From Sandaracinaceae bacterium (lineage in GTDB: Bacteria; Myxococcota_A; Polyangia; Polyangiales; Sandaracinaceae): a DNA stretch of 64,000 nucleotides. The stretch's first letter is position 1; every line of letters starts with the position of its first letter. The stretch is taken from positions 3,487 through 67,486 of the forward strand of contig JAIBCE010000005.1 of NCBI GenBank assembly GCA_019694315.1, in the 5' to 3' direction. This document shows positions 12,556 to 21,840 of this stretch, piece after piece. A program made the translations under genes and the position numbers. The notes beneath the pieces are model-generated. The model searched no databases. It saw only the letters and a program-made list of their open reading frames with translations, and was not told where the DNA came from.

Positions 12556-13725
12556 TCACCACGCCACGCGCACCACCCGTGGCCAGTAGCGCTCGGGCGA
12601 GCGCGCGCGTCGCTCGGCGCCGTCGCTCGCGGTCGTGCCGATCGCGTAGCTCACGACGATCTCGTCCGGACGCGTCGGATCGAAGAGCTCGAGGTGCACG
12701 ATCGGGCCCGCGCAGTAGGCGTCGGGATCGTCGGCGGGCAGCTCGCAGGGAACGAGCGTCGTGGGCGGCGACCACGGCCCCTCGGGTCGCTCGGCTCGCG
12801 TGAGCTCGATCGTGCTCCCGAAGCCGACGGCGTAGAGGTGCACGAGGCCTCCGCGCGGATCGGCCACGACGGGCCCTCGATGCGGGCCCGAGCCGAAGAC
12901 CACGACGGGCGTGCCCACGCCCCACCCGCCCTCGCCGAAGATCTCCCACGCGCTCGGCTCGCGCTCGCGACCGAGCGGCGCTCGACCGACGTGGCAGTCC
13001 TCGAGCAGATCGTGCGGCACGCCGGGACAGCCGTACGCATACACGTGATCGCCCCAGACGAGCGCAGCGTCGCCGAGATCGTCGTCCTCGCCGAAGAGCC
13101 ACGGCAGCGGCGAGCCGAGGCGCACCGCGCCCACCGACGAGAGCCCCACGCCAGCGCCACGCACGCCGAACGCGGCGGCCGGATCGAAGACCCACCCGCG
13201 CACGAGCACCGCGGGCCCGCTCGGCAGCGCGAGCGACTGCGCGAGCGCGAGGTAGTCGTAGGCCTCGCTCGGATCCACCTCGAGCGGCGCCGCGTCGCCC
13301 AGCTCCTCGCACGAGGGCGCCACGTCGACGAACGCGAGCGAAACGCCGTCGTCGCCGGGCATCACCCACGCGCACCGATCCCCGATCGGCACGGGCACCG
13401 GCGCCTCGTGCACACCGTCGATGAGCCCGCCACCATGACCGAAGAGGGGCAGGCATCGATCGCTCGTGAACGGGCGCTCGTACACGCTCGCGCCCTCGGG
13501 GCAGGCCCAGGTCTCGCCTACACACGCCGCGTTCACGATCCGCAGCGGATCGCACGGCGCGTCGCGCGTCACGCACGTGGGCGCCGCGAGACCACACGGC
13601 GGCGGCGGCGCGCCTCGCTCGTGCGCCCCGTAGCAGCCCGAGACCCCGAGCCAGAGGATGCTCGCGAGGAGCGGCGCGCGCGCGGGCCGCGCGGTGCTCG
13701 GTCCCTCAGGTTCGTTGATCGTCAT
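12556..13725 (-). CDS. lipoprotein, unknown function
   Basis: ATG at 13725. Lipobox LWLGVSGC. Cys-rich N-terminus followed by a beta-rich body. No family recognised. Confidence 0.5.
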   Translation of the reverse strand: MTINEPEGPSTARPARAPLLASILWLGVSGCYGAHERGAPPPPCGLAAPTCVTRDAPCDPLRIVNAACVGETWACPEGASVYERPFTSDRCLPLFGHGGGLIDGVHEAPVPVPIGDRCAWVMPGDDGVSLAFVDVAPSCEELGDAAPLEVDPSEAYDYLALAQSLALPSGPAVLVRGWVFDPAAAFGVRGAGVGLSSVGAVRLGSPLPWLFGEDDDLGDAALVWGDHVYAYGCPGVPHDLLEDCHVGRAPLGREREPSAWEIFGEGGWGVGTPVVVFGSGPHRGPVVADPRGGLVHLYAVGFGSTIELTRAERPEGPWSPPTTLVPCELPADDPDAYCAGPIVHLELFDPTRPDEIVVSYAIGTTASDGAERRARSPERYWPRVVRVAW

Positions 13726-13906
13726 TCGCGCTCGCTCCACTCGACGCAGCACGGAACGCACTGCGTGCTGCCGAACGAAAGAGCAGCCCGCGTGCCACGG
13801 AAGCCACCCCTCACGCAGCGACATCTCCGGATCCACGCGCAGCGTTTCTCGCATCTTCGCACCCTGCGCGCGTCGACGAGGCGCGGGGCGTGCCTTCGGC
13901 GCGGAT

Positions 13907-13947
13907 CACTGTGAGGTTGGTTCGGCACGGAGCACTGTGAGGTTGGT
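13907..13947. promoter_or_regulatory. 15-nt direct repeat x2 in a divergent intergenic region
   Basis: CACTGTGAGGTTGGT occurs at 13907-13921 and 13933-13947 (26-nt period). It is conspicuously AT-richer than the surroundings and lies between the divergent 13725 (-) and 13964/14063 (+) starts. Confidence 0.3.
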
Positions 13948-14062
13948 GCTACACCTCCGCGCCGTGAGCGAGACGAAGCAGCACCACGCGGCCGCGGAGC
14001 GTGACGCCGAGGCGGATCCGGATCGCGAGCGCGCGAGCCTGCCGACCGGCACCTACACCGGC

Positions 14063-15439
14063 ATGGACGTCGCCGACCTCGCGACCATCGATCTCGAGGA
14101 GCGCGGCCACGGCGATGCGCGCGTCGCCGCCACGCTGCGGCTCATCGACGAGGCCTCGCGACCGCGCCCCTTGCCCGAGGTGCTCGCCGCCATCTGCGCG
14201 GAGATCTCCGCGATCCTCCACGCCGACGTCGTGAGCCTCTATCTCCGCGAGCGCGGCGAGGACGGCCGCGAGGATCTCCGCATGGCCGCCAACGTCGGCT
14301 TCCCCGCAGGAGCGGTGAGCCACGTGCGCCTCCGTGTGGGCGAGGGCATCACGGGCTTCGTGGCGGAGTCGCTCCGGCCCGCGTCGGTCGTGCTCGCGCC
14401 CGAGCACAATCGCTACAAGCACTTCCCCGAGCTGCGTGAAGAGCGCTTCCCGATCTTCCTCGCGGTGCCGCTGCTCGTGGGCCATCGCGCCGAGGGCGTG
14501 GTCGTGCTCCAGCGTGCGCGCGATGCGTTCGGCGACGACGAGATCCTCCTCGCCACCGCGCTCACGACGACCTTCGTGCTCGCGATCGAGCGCGCCGAGG
14601 ATCACCGCACCGACGTGACCCCCGCCGAGGAGCCGCAGGCCGCGCGCCTCGAGGGCGTTCCGCTCGCGCCGGGCCGCGCGATGGGCCGCGTCGAGACGCT
14701 GCCCACCTTCGAAGGCCTCGCGGCGATCGAGCGCGCGAACGAGGGCAACGTCGCCGACGACACCAGCCCCGACGCGATCACGCGTCGACGCGAGCGCATC
14801 ACGCTGGCGCTCGACGGGCTCGTCAAGGACCTCGCCTCGGTGCGCAAGCGCCTCGGCCCGCAGCTCCCCACCGAGGCCGCGGCCGGGCTCGAGACGCTCG
14901 CGCTGCTCGAGACGGACGGACGCCTCCGCGAGGCGCTCCTCGACGAGGGCGCCAAGCAGAACGTGGCCCTCGGCATCCGGAAGGTCGCGCGCGACTACGT
15001 GCAGGCGGTCTACAAGGCCAAGCGCTCGATGCCGCCCACGGCCACGAGCGCCGCCGACACACGGGCGTGGCTCGTCGAGCGCAGCGCGGAGATCGAGGAG
15101 CTCTGTCTCGTGCTCGCCGCGCGCCTCGTGGGCGATCGCGCCCCAACGGGCGGCTCGGTGCTGCTCGTGCCCGATCGGCTCACGGCGATGATGGCGCTCG
15201 CCGCCGCAGGCCAGCGCACGGCCGCGATCGCGATCTGCCATGAGGTCGATCTCGTGCGCGCAGGCCTCGGCGTCGCCGTCGCGCGCGCCGCGCAGATCCC
15301 CACGGTGGGCGACGTGGGCGGCCTCTTCGCGTGGGCGCGTCGCGGCGACACGGTGCTCGTGGACGGCGACGCGGGCGTGGTGCGCGTGCACCCCTCGCCT
15401 GCGCAGATCGCCCAATTCCGCTCGGGATCGCGGGCATGA
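14063..15439 (+). CDS. GAF domain protein resembling the N-terminal two-thirds of PtsP (EI-Ntr), without the PEP-binding barrel
   Basis: ATG at 14063 (alternative in-frame GTG at 13964). GAF-like region (LPEVLAAICAEISAILHADVVSLYL...GEGITGFV...). Helical linker, then a mobile-domain-like C-terminus (LLVPDRLTAMMALAAAG...IPTVGDV...VLVDGDAGVVRVHP) with no obvious GG.TSH phospho-His motif. Confidence 0.5.
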   Translation: MDVADLATIDLEERGHGDARVAATLRLIDEASRPRPLPEVLAAICAEISAILHADVVSLYLRERGEDGREDLRMAANVGFPAGAVSHVRLRVGEGITGFVAESLRPASVVLAPEHNRYKHFPELREERFPIFLAVPLLVGHRAEGVVVLQRARDAFGDDEILLATALTTTFVLAIERAEDHRTDVTPAEEPQAARLEGVPLAPGRAMGRVETLPTFEGLAAIERANEGNVADDTSPDAITRRRERITLALDGLVKDLASVRKRLGPQLPTEAAAGLETLALLETDGRLREALLDEGAKQNVALGIRKVARDYVQAVYKAKRSMPPTATSAADTRAWLVERSAEIEELCLVLAARLVGDRAPTGGSVLLVPDRLTAMMALAAAGQRTAAIAICHEVDLVRAGLGVAVARAAQIPTVGDVGGLFAWARRGDTVLVDGDAGVVRVHPSPAQIAQFRSGSRA

Positions 15440-16506
15440 GCTACGGCCTCGTCCTCGTCCTCGCGCTGGCGCTCTTCGTGGTCGCGTCGATCGCGCACTA
15501 CGTGTTCTGGACGCGCCGTCTCGAGCGTCCGATGACCTACGCGCTGAGCGAGCGCCTCGAGACGCCCGACGGCGCCGCGATCGAGCTCCATCGCCTGCCG
15601 GGCGATGCGCCGACGAGCCCCATCCCCGTGCTGCTCGTGCACGGCGTGGGAATCGATCACCGCAACAACGACATGCTCCCCGAGGTCTCGCTCGCGCGTC
15701 ACCTGCGCGCGAGCGGCCGCGACGTGTGGCTCCTGCGCCTGCGGAGCGGCGGGATGTCGCGTGTGTTCAAGGACAAGAGGAAGGTGCGCTTCGCGCGCAT
15801 GGCCGAGCACGATCTGCCGCTCGGCGTGCGCGAGGTGCTCACGCGCACGGGCCAGCCGCACCTCGACTACGTGGGCTTCTCGATGGGCGGCATGCTCGCG
15901 TACGCCGCGATCGGCGCGCATCGCATCGATCCCGCGCTCCTTCGTCGCGTGGTGATCATCGGCTCGCCCGCGCGCGTGGGGCACTACGTGCCGTTCCGAC
16001 ATCTGCTCACGCGCCTGCCCGAGCCGCTCGTGCCCACGCTGCCGCTGCGTCTCGGCTCGCGCATGGTCGCGTTCGCGTCGGAGTGGATGACGACGCCCGT
16101 GCATCACCTCGTCTACAACCCGCGCAACGTGGAGCGCGGCCTCGCGGGCCCCGCGATGATGACGGTGGAGGACATCCCCGGTCCTCTCAACGTCGACTTC
16201 CTGAGCTTCATCCGCCGCGGCATCGTGCACTTCGAGGATCGCGACGTGATCGAAGGTCTCCGTCACGTGTCGATCCCGGTGCTCTTCTTCGCGGGCGAGC
16301 GTGACCGTCTCGCGCCGCCCGAGGCCGTGCGTGTGGCCTTCGACGCGTGGGGCGCCGACGCCGGCGAGGTCGACAAGCGCTTCGTGCTCCTCTCGGTGAA
16401 GGAGGGCGCGAGCGCCGACTACGGCCACGGCGATCTCGCGATCGGCCGCGCTGCCAAGCGCGACATCTTCGAGCCCATCGAGCGCTTCCTCACGCCCGCG
16501 GCGTAG
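15436..16506 (+). CDS. alpha/beta hydrolase with N-terminal membrane anchor
   Basis: The ATG at 15436 overlaps the upstream stop (ATGA). N-terminal TM (LVLVLALALFVVASIA). HG oxyanion region LLVHGVG. Nucleophile elbow GFSMGG. Confidence 0.7.
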   Translation: MSYGLVLVLALALFVVASIAHYVFWTRRLERPMTYALSERLETPDGAAIELHRLPGDAPTSPIPVLLVHGVGIDHRNNDMLPEVSLARHLRASGRDVWLLRLRSGGMSRVFKDKRKVRFARMAEHDLPLGVREVLTRTGQPHLDYVGFSMGGMLAYAAIGAHRIDPALLRRVVIIGSPARVGHYVPFRHLLTRLPEPLVPTLPLRLGSRMVAFASEWMTTPVHHLVYNPRNVERGLAGPAMMTVEDIPGPLNVDFLSFIRRGIVHFEDRDVIEGLRHVSIPVLFFAGERDRLAPPEAVRVAFDAWGADAGEVDKRFVLLSVKEGASADYGHGDLAIGRAAKRDIFEPIERFLTPAA

Positions 16507-16576
16507 CCGCACGCGCACGTCGCCTCCTGCGAGGTGACAGACAACCTCGCCCGCTCACTGTTACCCTCGCGGCGTC

Positions 16577-19500
16577 TTGGGGACGTCGTCGACCAACTTC
16601 GGCTTCCTGGTGGAGCACCACCCGCGCCTCGTGATGTTGGGGTCACAGGCCGAGCTGCTGTTCCACGTCGACCCGCCCGCCTCGATCACGAAGGTCCGCC
16701 TCCTCGCCGAGGACCTCGCGCAGCTCGCTGCCGCGCGCGCCGGCCTCTTCGTCGATCGCCGCGAAGCCCAGGTGGATCTGCTTCGGCGCCTCCGCGACAA
16801 AGGCCTCGTCACCGCGGACGTCCACGACGCCTTCCACGCGATCCGGAAGGCCGGCAACGCCGCCGCGCACGACAACGCCGGCACGAGCGGTGAGGCCCTC
16901 TCGCAGCTCCGCCTCGCGTTCGTGGTGTCGGTCTGGTTCCACCGCACGTTCTCGAAAGATCGGCTCACCTTCAAGCAGCCCGCGTTCGTCGTGCCGCGCC
17001 CGCCCGAGGACGCCGCCGCGCGTCTGCGCGCCGAGCTCTCCGCGCTGAAGAACGCGCTCGCCGTCGCGAACGCCACCGTCACCGCCACCAAGCAGACGGC
17101 CGAGCAGGCCAAGGCCGCGCGCGAGGCCCTCGAGGAGCAGCTCCGCGCGGAGCTCGACGACGCGAAGAAGAAGGCGCTCGAGGCCGACGAAGCGCGCCTC
17201 GCGGCGGAGGCCAAGGCCCAGCTCGAAGAGTCCGAGCGCCTCGCGGCGATGGCCCTCCTCGACGAGGTCGCCGCGCGCGAGGCCGCGCTCGCTGCGGATC
17301 TCGCGAAGCTCCAGGTCGCGAGCCTCGCGGCGCCCGAGCTCACCGCCGCCTTCGTCACCGCGGCCAACGACGTCACGGCCACCCTCGATCTCGACGAGGC
17401 CACCACACGCCGCCTCGTCGACGAGAAGCTCCGCGAGGCAGGCTGGGAGGTCGACAGCCAGACGCTTCGTCACGCCCTCGGCGCTCGCCCGCAGAAGGGC
17501 CGATACCTCGCGATCGCCGAGTGGCCCACGGAGAGCGGCCCTGCCGACTACGTGCTCTTCGCGGGCCTCGTGCCCCTGGCCATCGTCGAGGCCAAGCGCA
17601 GCAAGAAGAACGTGCCCGCCGTGCTCCAGCAGGCCGCGCGCTACGCGAAGGATCTGCTCGAGCTCGAGGGCCTGGACATCCCTCGCGCGGCCGACGGCGA
17701 GCCGGGCTTCCCCGAGGCCAGCCCGCCGCAGACCTCGGCGAAGAAGGCCAAGGCCGAGCACGGTCGCTTCCTCGTCCCGTTCCTCTTCGCGACGAACGGC
17801 CGGGCCTATCTGGCGCAGATCAAGGAGGCGAGCGGCATCTGGTTCCGCGACGCGCGCCGGCCCGAGAACCTCGCGCGCGCGCTCGATGGCTGGCACTCGC
17901 CGCAAGGGCTCCTCGGACTCCTGGGCCAGGACATCGCCGCCGCGAACGAGAAGCTCGAGCGCGAAGAGACTGACTATCTCGGCCTCAGGCCCTATCAGGT
18001 GCGGGCCATTCGCGCGGCCGAAGCTGCCATTGCCGAGGGCGCGCAGACAGCGCTCCTCGCGATGGCCACCGGCACGGGCAAGACGCGCACGTGCATCGGG
18101 CTCTGCTATCGCCTGCTCAAGACGGGCCGCTTCCGCCGCATCCTCTTCCTCGCGGACCGCACGGCCCTCACCACGCAGACGGAGGACGCCTTCCAGGAGG
18201 CGCGCCTCGAGCAACTGACCACCTTCGCGCAGAGCTACCAGGTCAAAGGGCCCAAGACACCCGAGGTCTCCGTCGGCGACACGAAGCTGCACATCGCCAC
18301 GGTGCAGAGCCTCGTCCGCGGGCTCTTGTACGGGCCCGACGACACGCCACCTCCGCCCGTCGACACCTACGACTGCATCGTCGTCGACGAGTGCCACCGC
18401 GGCTACACGCTCGATCGCGAGCTGTCCGAGGGGGAGCTGCTCTTCCGCGACGAGTCGGACTACCTCTCGAAGTACCGGCGGGTGCTCGAGCACTTCGACG
18501 CCGTGAAGATCGCGCTCACGGCCACGCCGGCCCTCCACACGCGGCAGATCTTCGGCGACCCGGTCTACACGTACTCGTACCGAGAGGCGGTGATCGACGG
18601 CTTCCTCGTCGATCACAGCCCGCCCACGCGCATCGTCACCGCGCTCGCGGAGGACGGCATCACGTTCAAGACGGGCGAGAAGGTCCCCGTCTACCAGCCG
18701 CGCACGCAGACGCAGCAGCTCGCGCTCCTGCCGGACGAGATCCAGCTCGAGATCGATCAGTTCCACCGCAAGGTGATCACGCGCCCGTTCAACGAGGCCG
18801 TGGCGCACGAGCTCGCCAAGCACATCGACCCGAGCCTGCCGGGCAAGACGCTCGTCTTCTGCGTGAACGATCTCCACGCGGACATGGTCGTGGACTGTCT
18901 CAAGCAGGCGTTCGTCGCGCGGTACGGCAGTGTGGAAGACGGCGCCGTCGAGAAGATCACGGGCTCGGTCGACCGCCCGCTCGAGGCCATCCGTCGCTAC
19001 CGCACGGACCGCCGGCCCTGCGTGGCCGTCACGGTGGATCTGCTGACGACCGGCGTGGACGTGCCCGAGATCGACAAGCTGGTGTTCCTGCGCCGGGTGC
19101 GGAGCCGCATCCTCTACGAGCAGATGCTCGGGCGCGCGACGCGCCTCTGTCCGGACCTGCACGGCGCGGGTCGGCCCAAGGAGGTCTTCCAGATCTTCGA
19201 CGCGGTCGATCTCTACGCGGCCCTCGCGAACGCGACGGATATGAAGCCGGTGGTCGTGGATCCGTCGCTGCGCTTCAAGGACCTGGTCGAGGATCTGAAG
19301 AGGCTGAAGGACGCCGCTCACATCGAGCACGTGCTCGGCGAGCTGGTGACGAAGCTCGCCCGCAAGGTGCGTCGTCTCGATGCGCGCATCGCCGAGCGTC
19401 TCGCGGACGAGCTCGGCCAGAGCCCCGAGGACCTGGTCCGCACGCTGCGGAGCGCGAGCCCCACCGACGCCCGAAAGCTCTGGCTGGATCACCACCCACA

Positions 19501-20128
19501 CCTCGCGGATCTGCTCGACGCGCGCCCCGCCGGCGACGGCATCGACGGTCTCTACGTCTCGCACCACGCCGACGAGGTGCGCCGCGTGGAGCAGGGCTAC
19601 GGGCCGGGGCGTCAGCGTCCGGAGGACTACCTGGATGGCTTCGCGAAGTACGTGCGCGAGCACCTGAACGACCTGCCCGCCCTGGTGGTGGTGACGCAGC
19701 GCCCCAAGGACCTGACGCGCGCGCAGCTGAAGGAGCTGCGATTGGCGCTCGACAAGGCCGGCTATCCCGAGTCCCACCTCCGCGCGGCCTGGGCGCAGCG
19801 CACGAACCAGGACATCGCCGCAAGCATCCTCGGCCACATCCGCCAGGCCGCCCTCGGCGACCCGCTCATCGACTACGACGAGCGCGTGAACCGAGCCCTC
19901 AAGAAGATCCTCGCCTCCCGCCCCTGGGACCCCACCCAGAAGAAGTGGCTCGAGCGCCTCGCCAAGCAGCTCCAGAAGGAGATCGTGGTCGACCGCGAGT
20001 CCCTCGACGCCGAAGGCAGCCTGTTCGCGGCGGAGGGCGGGTCGAAGAGGCTCGAGAAGGTGTTCGAGGGCCGGCTCGGAGAGGTTCTGTCGAATCTCAG
20101 CGAAGCCGCCTGGAGGGAGGGAGCATGA
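16577..20128 (+). CDS. hsdR: type I restriction enzyme R subunit (DUF4145-like N-terminus, coiled coil, nuclease, SF2 helicase, EcoEI_R_C-like tail)
   Basis: TTG start as in the track. N-terminal SNFGFL... module, an A/E/K-rich coiled coil, and a PD-(D/E)xK-like segment (DYVLF...IVEAKRS). Helicase motif I MATGTGKT and motif II VVDECHRG. hsdM/hsdS lie downstream. Confidence 0.85.
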   Translation: MGTSSTNFGFLVEHHPRLVMLGSQAELLFHVDPPASITKVRLLAEDLAQLAAARAGLFVDRREAQVDLLRRLRDKGLVTADVHDAFHAIRKAGNAAAHDNAGTSGEALSQLRLAFVVSVWFHRTFSKDRLTFKQPAFVVPRPPEDAAARLRAELSALKNALAVANATVTATKQTAEQAKAAREALEEQLRAELDDAKKKALEADEARLAAEAKAQLEESERLAAMALLDEVAAREAALAADLAKLQVASLAAPELTAAFVTAANDVTATLDLDEATTRRLVDEKLREAGWEVDSQTLRHALGARPQKGRYLAIAEWPTESGPADYVLFAGLVPLAIVEAKRSKKNVPAVLQQAARYAKDLLELEGLDIPRAADGEPGFPEASPPQTSAKKAKAEHGRFLVPFLFATNGRAYLAQIKEASGIWFRDARRPENLARALDGWHSPQGLLGLLGQDIAAANEKLEREETDYLGLRPYQVRAIRAAEAAIAEGAQTALLAMATGTGKTRTCIGLCYRLLKTGRFRRILFLADRTALTTQTEDAFQEARLEQLTTFAQSYQVKGPKTPEVSVGDTKLHIATVQSLVRGLLYGPDDTPPPPVDTYDCIVVDECHRGYTLDRELSEGELLFRDESDYLSKYRRVLEHFDAVKIALTATPALHTRQIFGDPVYTYSYREAVIDGFLVDHSPPTRIVTALAEDGITFKTGEKVPVYQPRTQTQQLALLPDEIQLEIDQFHRKVITRPFNEAVAHELAKHIDPSLPGKTLVFCVNDLHADMVVDCLKQAFVARYGSVEDGAVEKITGSVDRPLEAIRRYRTDRRPCVAVTVDLLTTGVDVPEIDKLVFLRRVRSRILYEQMLGRATRLCPDLHGAGRPKEVFQIFDAVDLYAALANATDMKPVVVDPSLRFKDLVEDLKRLKDAAHIEHVLGELVTKLARKVRRLDARIAERLADELGQSPEDLVRTLRSASPTDARKLWLDHHPHLADLLDARPAGDGIDGLYVSHHADEVRRVEQGYGPGRQRPEDYLDGFAKYVREHLNDLPALVVVTQRPKDLTRAQLKELRLALDKAGYPESHLRAAWAQRTNQDIAASILGHIRQAALGDPLIDYDERVNRALKKILASRPWDPTQKKWLERLAKQLQKEIVVDRESLDAEGSLFAAEGGSKRLEKVFEGRLGEVLSNLSEAAWREGA
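19861..20070 (+). repeat. direct repeat copy 1 (hsdR 3' end)
   Basis: 210 nt, nearly identical (about 7 mismatches by eye) to 21872-22081. Confidence 0.9.
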
Positions 20129-20150
20129 GCAGGGACGAGGTCGGGGCACG

Positions 20151-21176
20151 ATGACGACACCCACAACGTGGATGGTTCGGGCGGGTCGAGGCGGAGATCA
20201 GGTCGACGCCTTCCTGGCAGATGGCGTCGTCGGCATCGGGTACGGCGCGTCCGAGTTCAAGGGGCTGCCGCCGACACTCACGCGCGAGGCGATCGTGGCC
20301 GGAATGAAGGCTGCAAATCCCCACTGGTCCACGGCCAAGCTCGCCGTGATCTCGGGGCAACTCGTGCGCTTCGTGACGGAGATCAAGGCCGGGGACCGCA
20401 TCGTCACGGGCGACCCCGAGACGCGCACGTACTTCGTCGGTCGTGCCAGCGGGGAGCTCCGCTGGGAGGGTGGCAAGCCGCTGCCGATTCGGCGAGGCGT
20501 GAAGTGGACCGGGCGCGTGGCACGCGACGCCCTCAGCGTCTCCACGCTCAACACACTCGGCGCGATTCAGACCCTCTTCCGCATCTCCGACGAGGTCGCG
20601 GACGAGCTGGTCAAGTTCGAGCGCCCCATCACCGAAGAAGCTCCGCCACCTGCGCCCAAGGCTGAGCAGACGGCTCCCGCCGATGTCGTCCCGGCCGACC
20701 TGCTCGGCGCGCCGGAGCGGGCCAAGAGCTTCATCGACGACATGATCAACCGACTGGACTGGGACGAGCTCCAGGACCTCGTCGCAGGCGTGCTCCGGGC
20801 GATGGGCTACAAGACACGCGTGTCCACGCCCGGTCCGGATCGGGGAGTCGACATCTTCGCGTCACCCGACGGCCTCGGTCTGCAGGAGCCGCGCATCTTC
20901 GTCGAGGTGAAGCACCGCCAGGCCGCGATGGGAGCCCCCGACCTCCGCACGTTCCTTGGCGGTCGCAAGGCCGGCGACAAGTGTCTCTACGTGAGCACGG
21001 GCGGCTTCAAGAAGGACGCGCACTACGAGGCCGACCGATCGACGATTCCGATCACGCTGGTGACTCTTCCCGTGCTGCGAGACCTCCTCCTGGAGCACTA
21101 CGAGCGATTGGACGAGGAGACGAGAGCGCTCGTTCCTCTTCGGCGTGTTTACCTACCCTTCGATCCCAACGACTGA
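20151..21176 (+). CDS. Mrr-like restriction endonuclease (PD-(D/E)xK C-terminal domain, PUA/EVE-like N-terminal domain tentative)
   Basis: ATG at 20151. C-terminal Mrr_cat-like pattern: LQDLVAGVLRAMGY, GVDIFAS, IFVEVKH, YVSTGGF. The N-terminal WMVRAGRGG...GIGYG...AGDRIV pattern is common in restriction-endonuclease-annotated proteins. Confidence 0.7.
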   Translation: MTTPTTWMVRAGRGGDQVDAFLADGVVGIGYGASEFKGLPPTLTREAIVAGMKAANPHWSTAKLAVISGQLVRFVTEIKAGDRIVTGDPETRTYFVGRASGELRWEGGKPLPIRRGVKWTGRVARDALSVSTLNTLGAIQTLFRISDEVADELVKFERPITEEAPPPAPKAEQTAPADVVPADLLGAPERAKSFIDDMINRLDWDELQDLVAGVLRAMGYKTRVSTPGPDRGVDIFASPDGLGLQEPRIFVEVKHRQAAMGAPDLRTFLGGRKAGDKCLYVSTGGFKKDAHYEADRSTIPITLVTLPVLRDLLLEHYERLDEETRALVPLRRVYLPFDPND

Positions 21177-21198
21177 ACCACGCACAGGAGATCCACCG

Positions 21199-21840
21199 AT
21201 GTCAGGGGGCACGAACAAGGCGACTGCGAAGAAGCCCCGCGCACGCAAGCGCGGCAAGGGCATCTTCTGCCTCGAAGGGGATTGGTGGAACGACCTCAAC
21301 CAATCCGGCAGCGTGAAGCCCATGCTGGACCTGATCTCCGCCGGGGCAGACATCGCGGTTCCGTCGGTCCACCGCGACGTCGCGACGCGCGATGAGCTCG
21401 AGTTCTACCTGCGGAAGTGGGTCCAGGGTCGCTACAAGACGTATCCCCTCCTGTGTCTCGCGTTCCACGGCAGCGAAGGCGCGCTTCACCTCAGCGACGG
21501 GCGAAAGGCTGAGTCGACCGTCACGCTCGACGAGCTCGCCGAGCTCCTCGACGGGAAGTGCCACGGCCGCATCATCCACTTCGACGGTTGCTCCACGGTG
21601 GTCGGCGACGTTCGCCACCTCAAACGCTTCCTGCGCCAGACGGGCGCCCTGGCGGTCACCGGATTCACGAACGACGTGCCCTGGCTCGACGCCGCGGCCT
21701 TCGACATCCTGCTCTTTGCGACCTTCCAGCAGCAGGCCCTCACGCGCGGAGGGATGAAGGCAGTGAAGCGTCGCGTGTTCACGGAGCTCCGCGGCATGGC
21801 CAGAGAGCTCGGCTTCCGGATGGAGATCCGGCCCGAATGA
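21199..21840 (+). CDS. small (213 aa) protein with minimal CHAT/caspase-like His-Cys signature (tentative)
   Basis: ATG at 21199 with AGGAG 9 nt upstream. LLCLAFHGSEG (His90-Gly) and RIIHFDGCST (Cys131) lie 41 residues apart after hydrophobic strands. The following GALAVTGFTNDVPWLDAAAFDILLF resembles the CHAT C-terminal motif. Confidence 0.45.
   Translation: MSGGTNKATAKKPRARKRGKGIFCLEGDWWNDLNQSGSVKPMLDLISAGADIAVPSVHRDVATRDELEFYLRKWVQGRYKTYPLLCLAFHGSEGALHLSDGRKAESTVTLDELAELLDGKCHGRIIHFDGCSTVVGDVRHLKRFLRQTGALAVTGFTNDVPWLDAAAFDILLFATFQQQALTRGGMKAVKRRVFTELRGMARELGFRMEIRPE

Noticed and set aside
11780-13597. Upstream part of the 934-aa ORF 10793..13597 (minus strand)
   Set aside because: It is Arg/Ala-rich junk running through rsmG and the lipoprotein gene in other frames. 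Only the C-terminal 328 aa look like a DMT transporter.
16643-20164. 1173-aa ORF antisense to hsdR
   Set aside because: The translation is Arg/Leu/Glu/Gly-rich with no motifs and exactly mirrors a well-supported hsdR frame. This is the typical high-GC antisense open frame.
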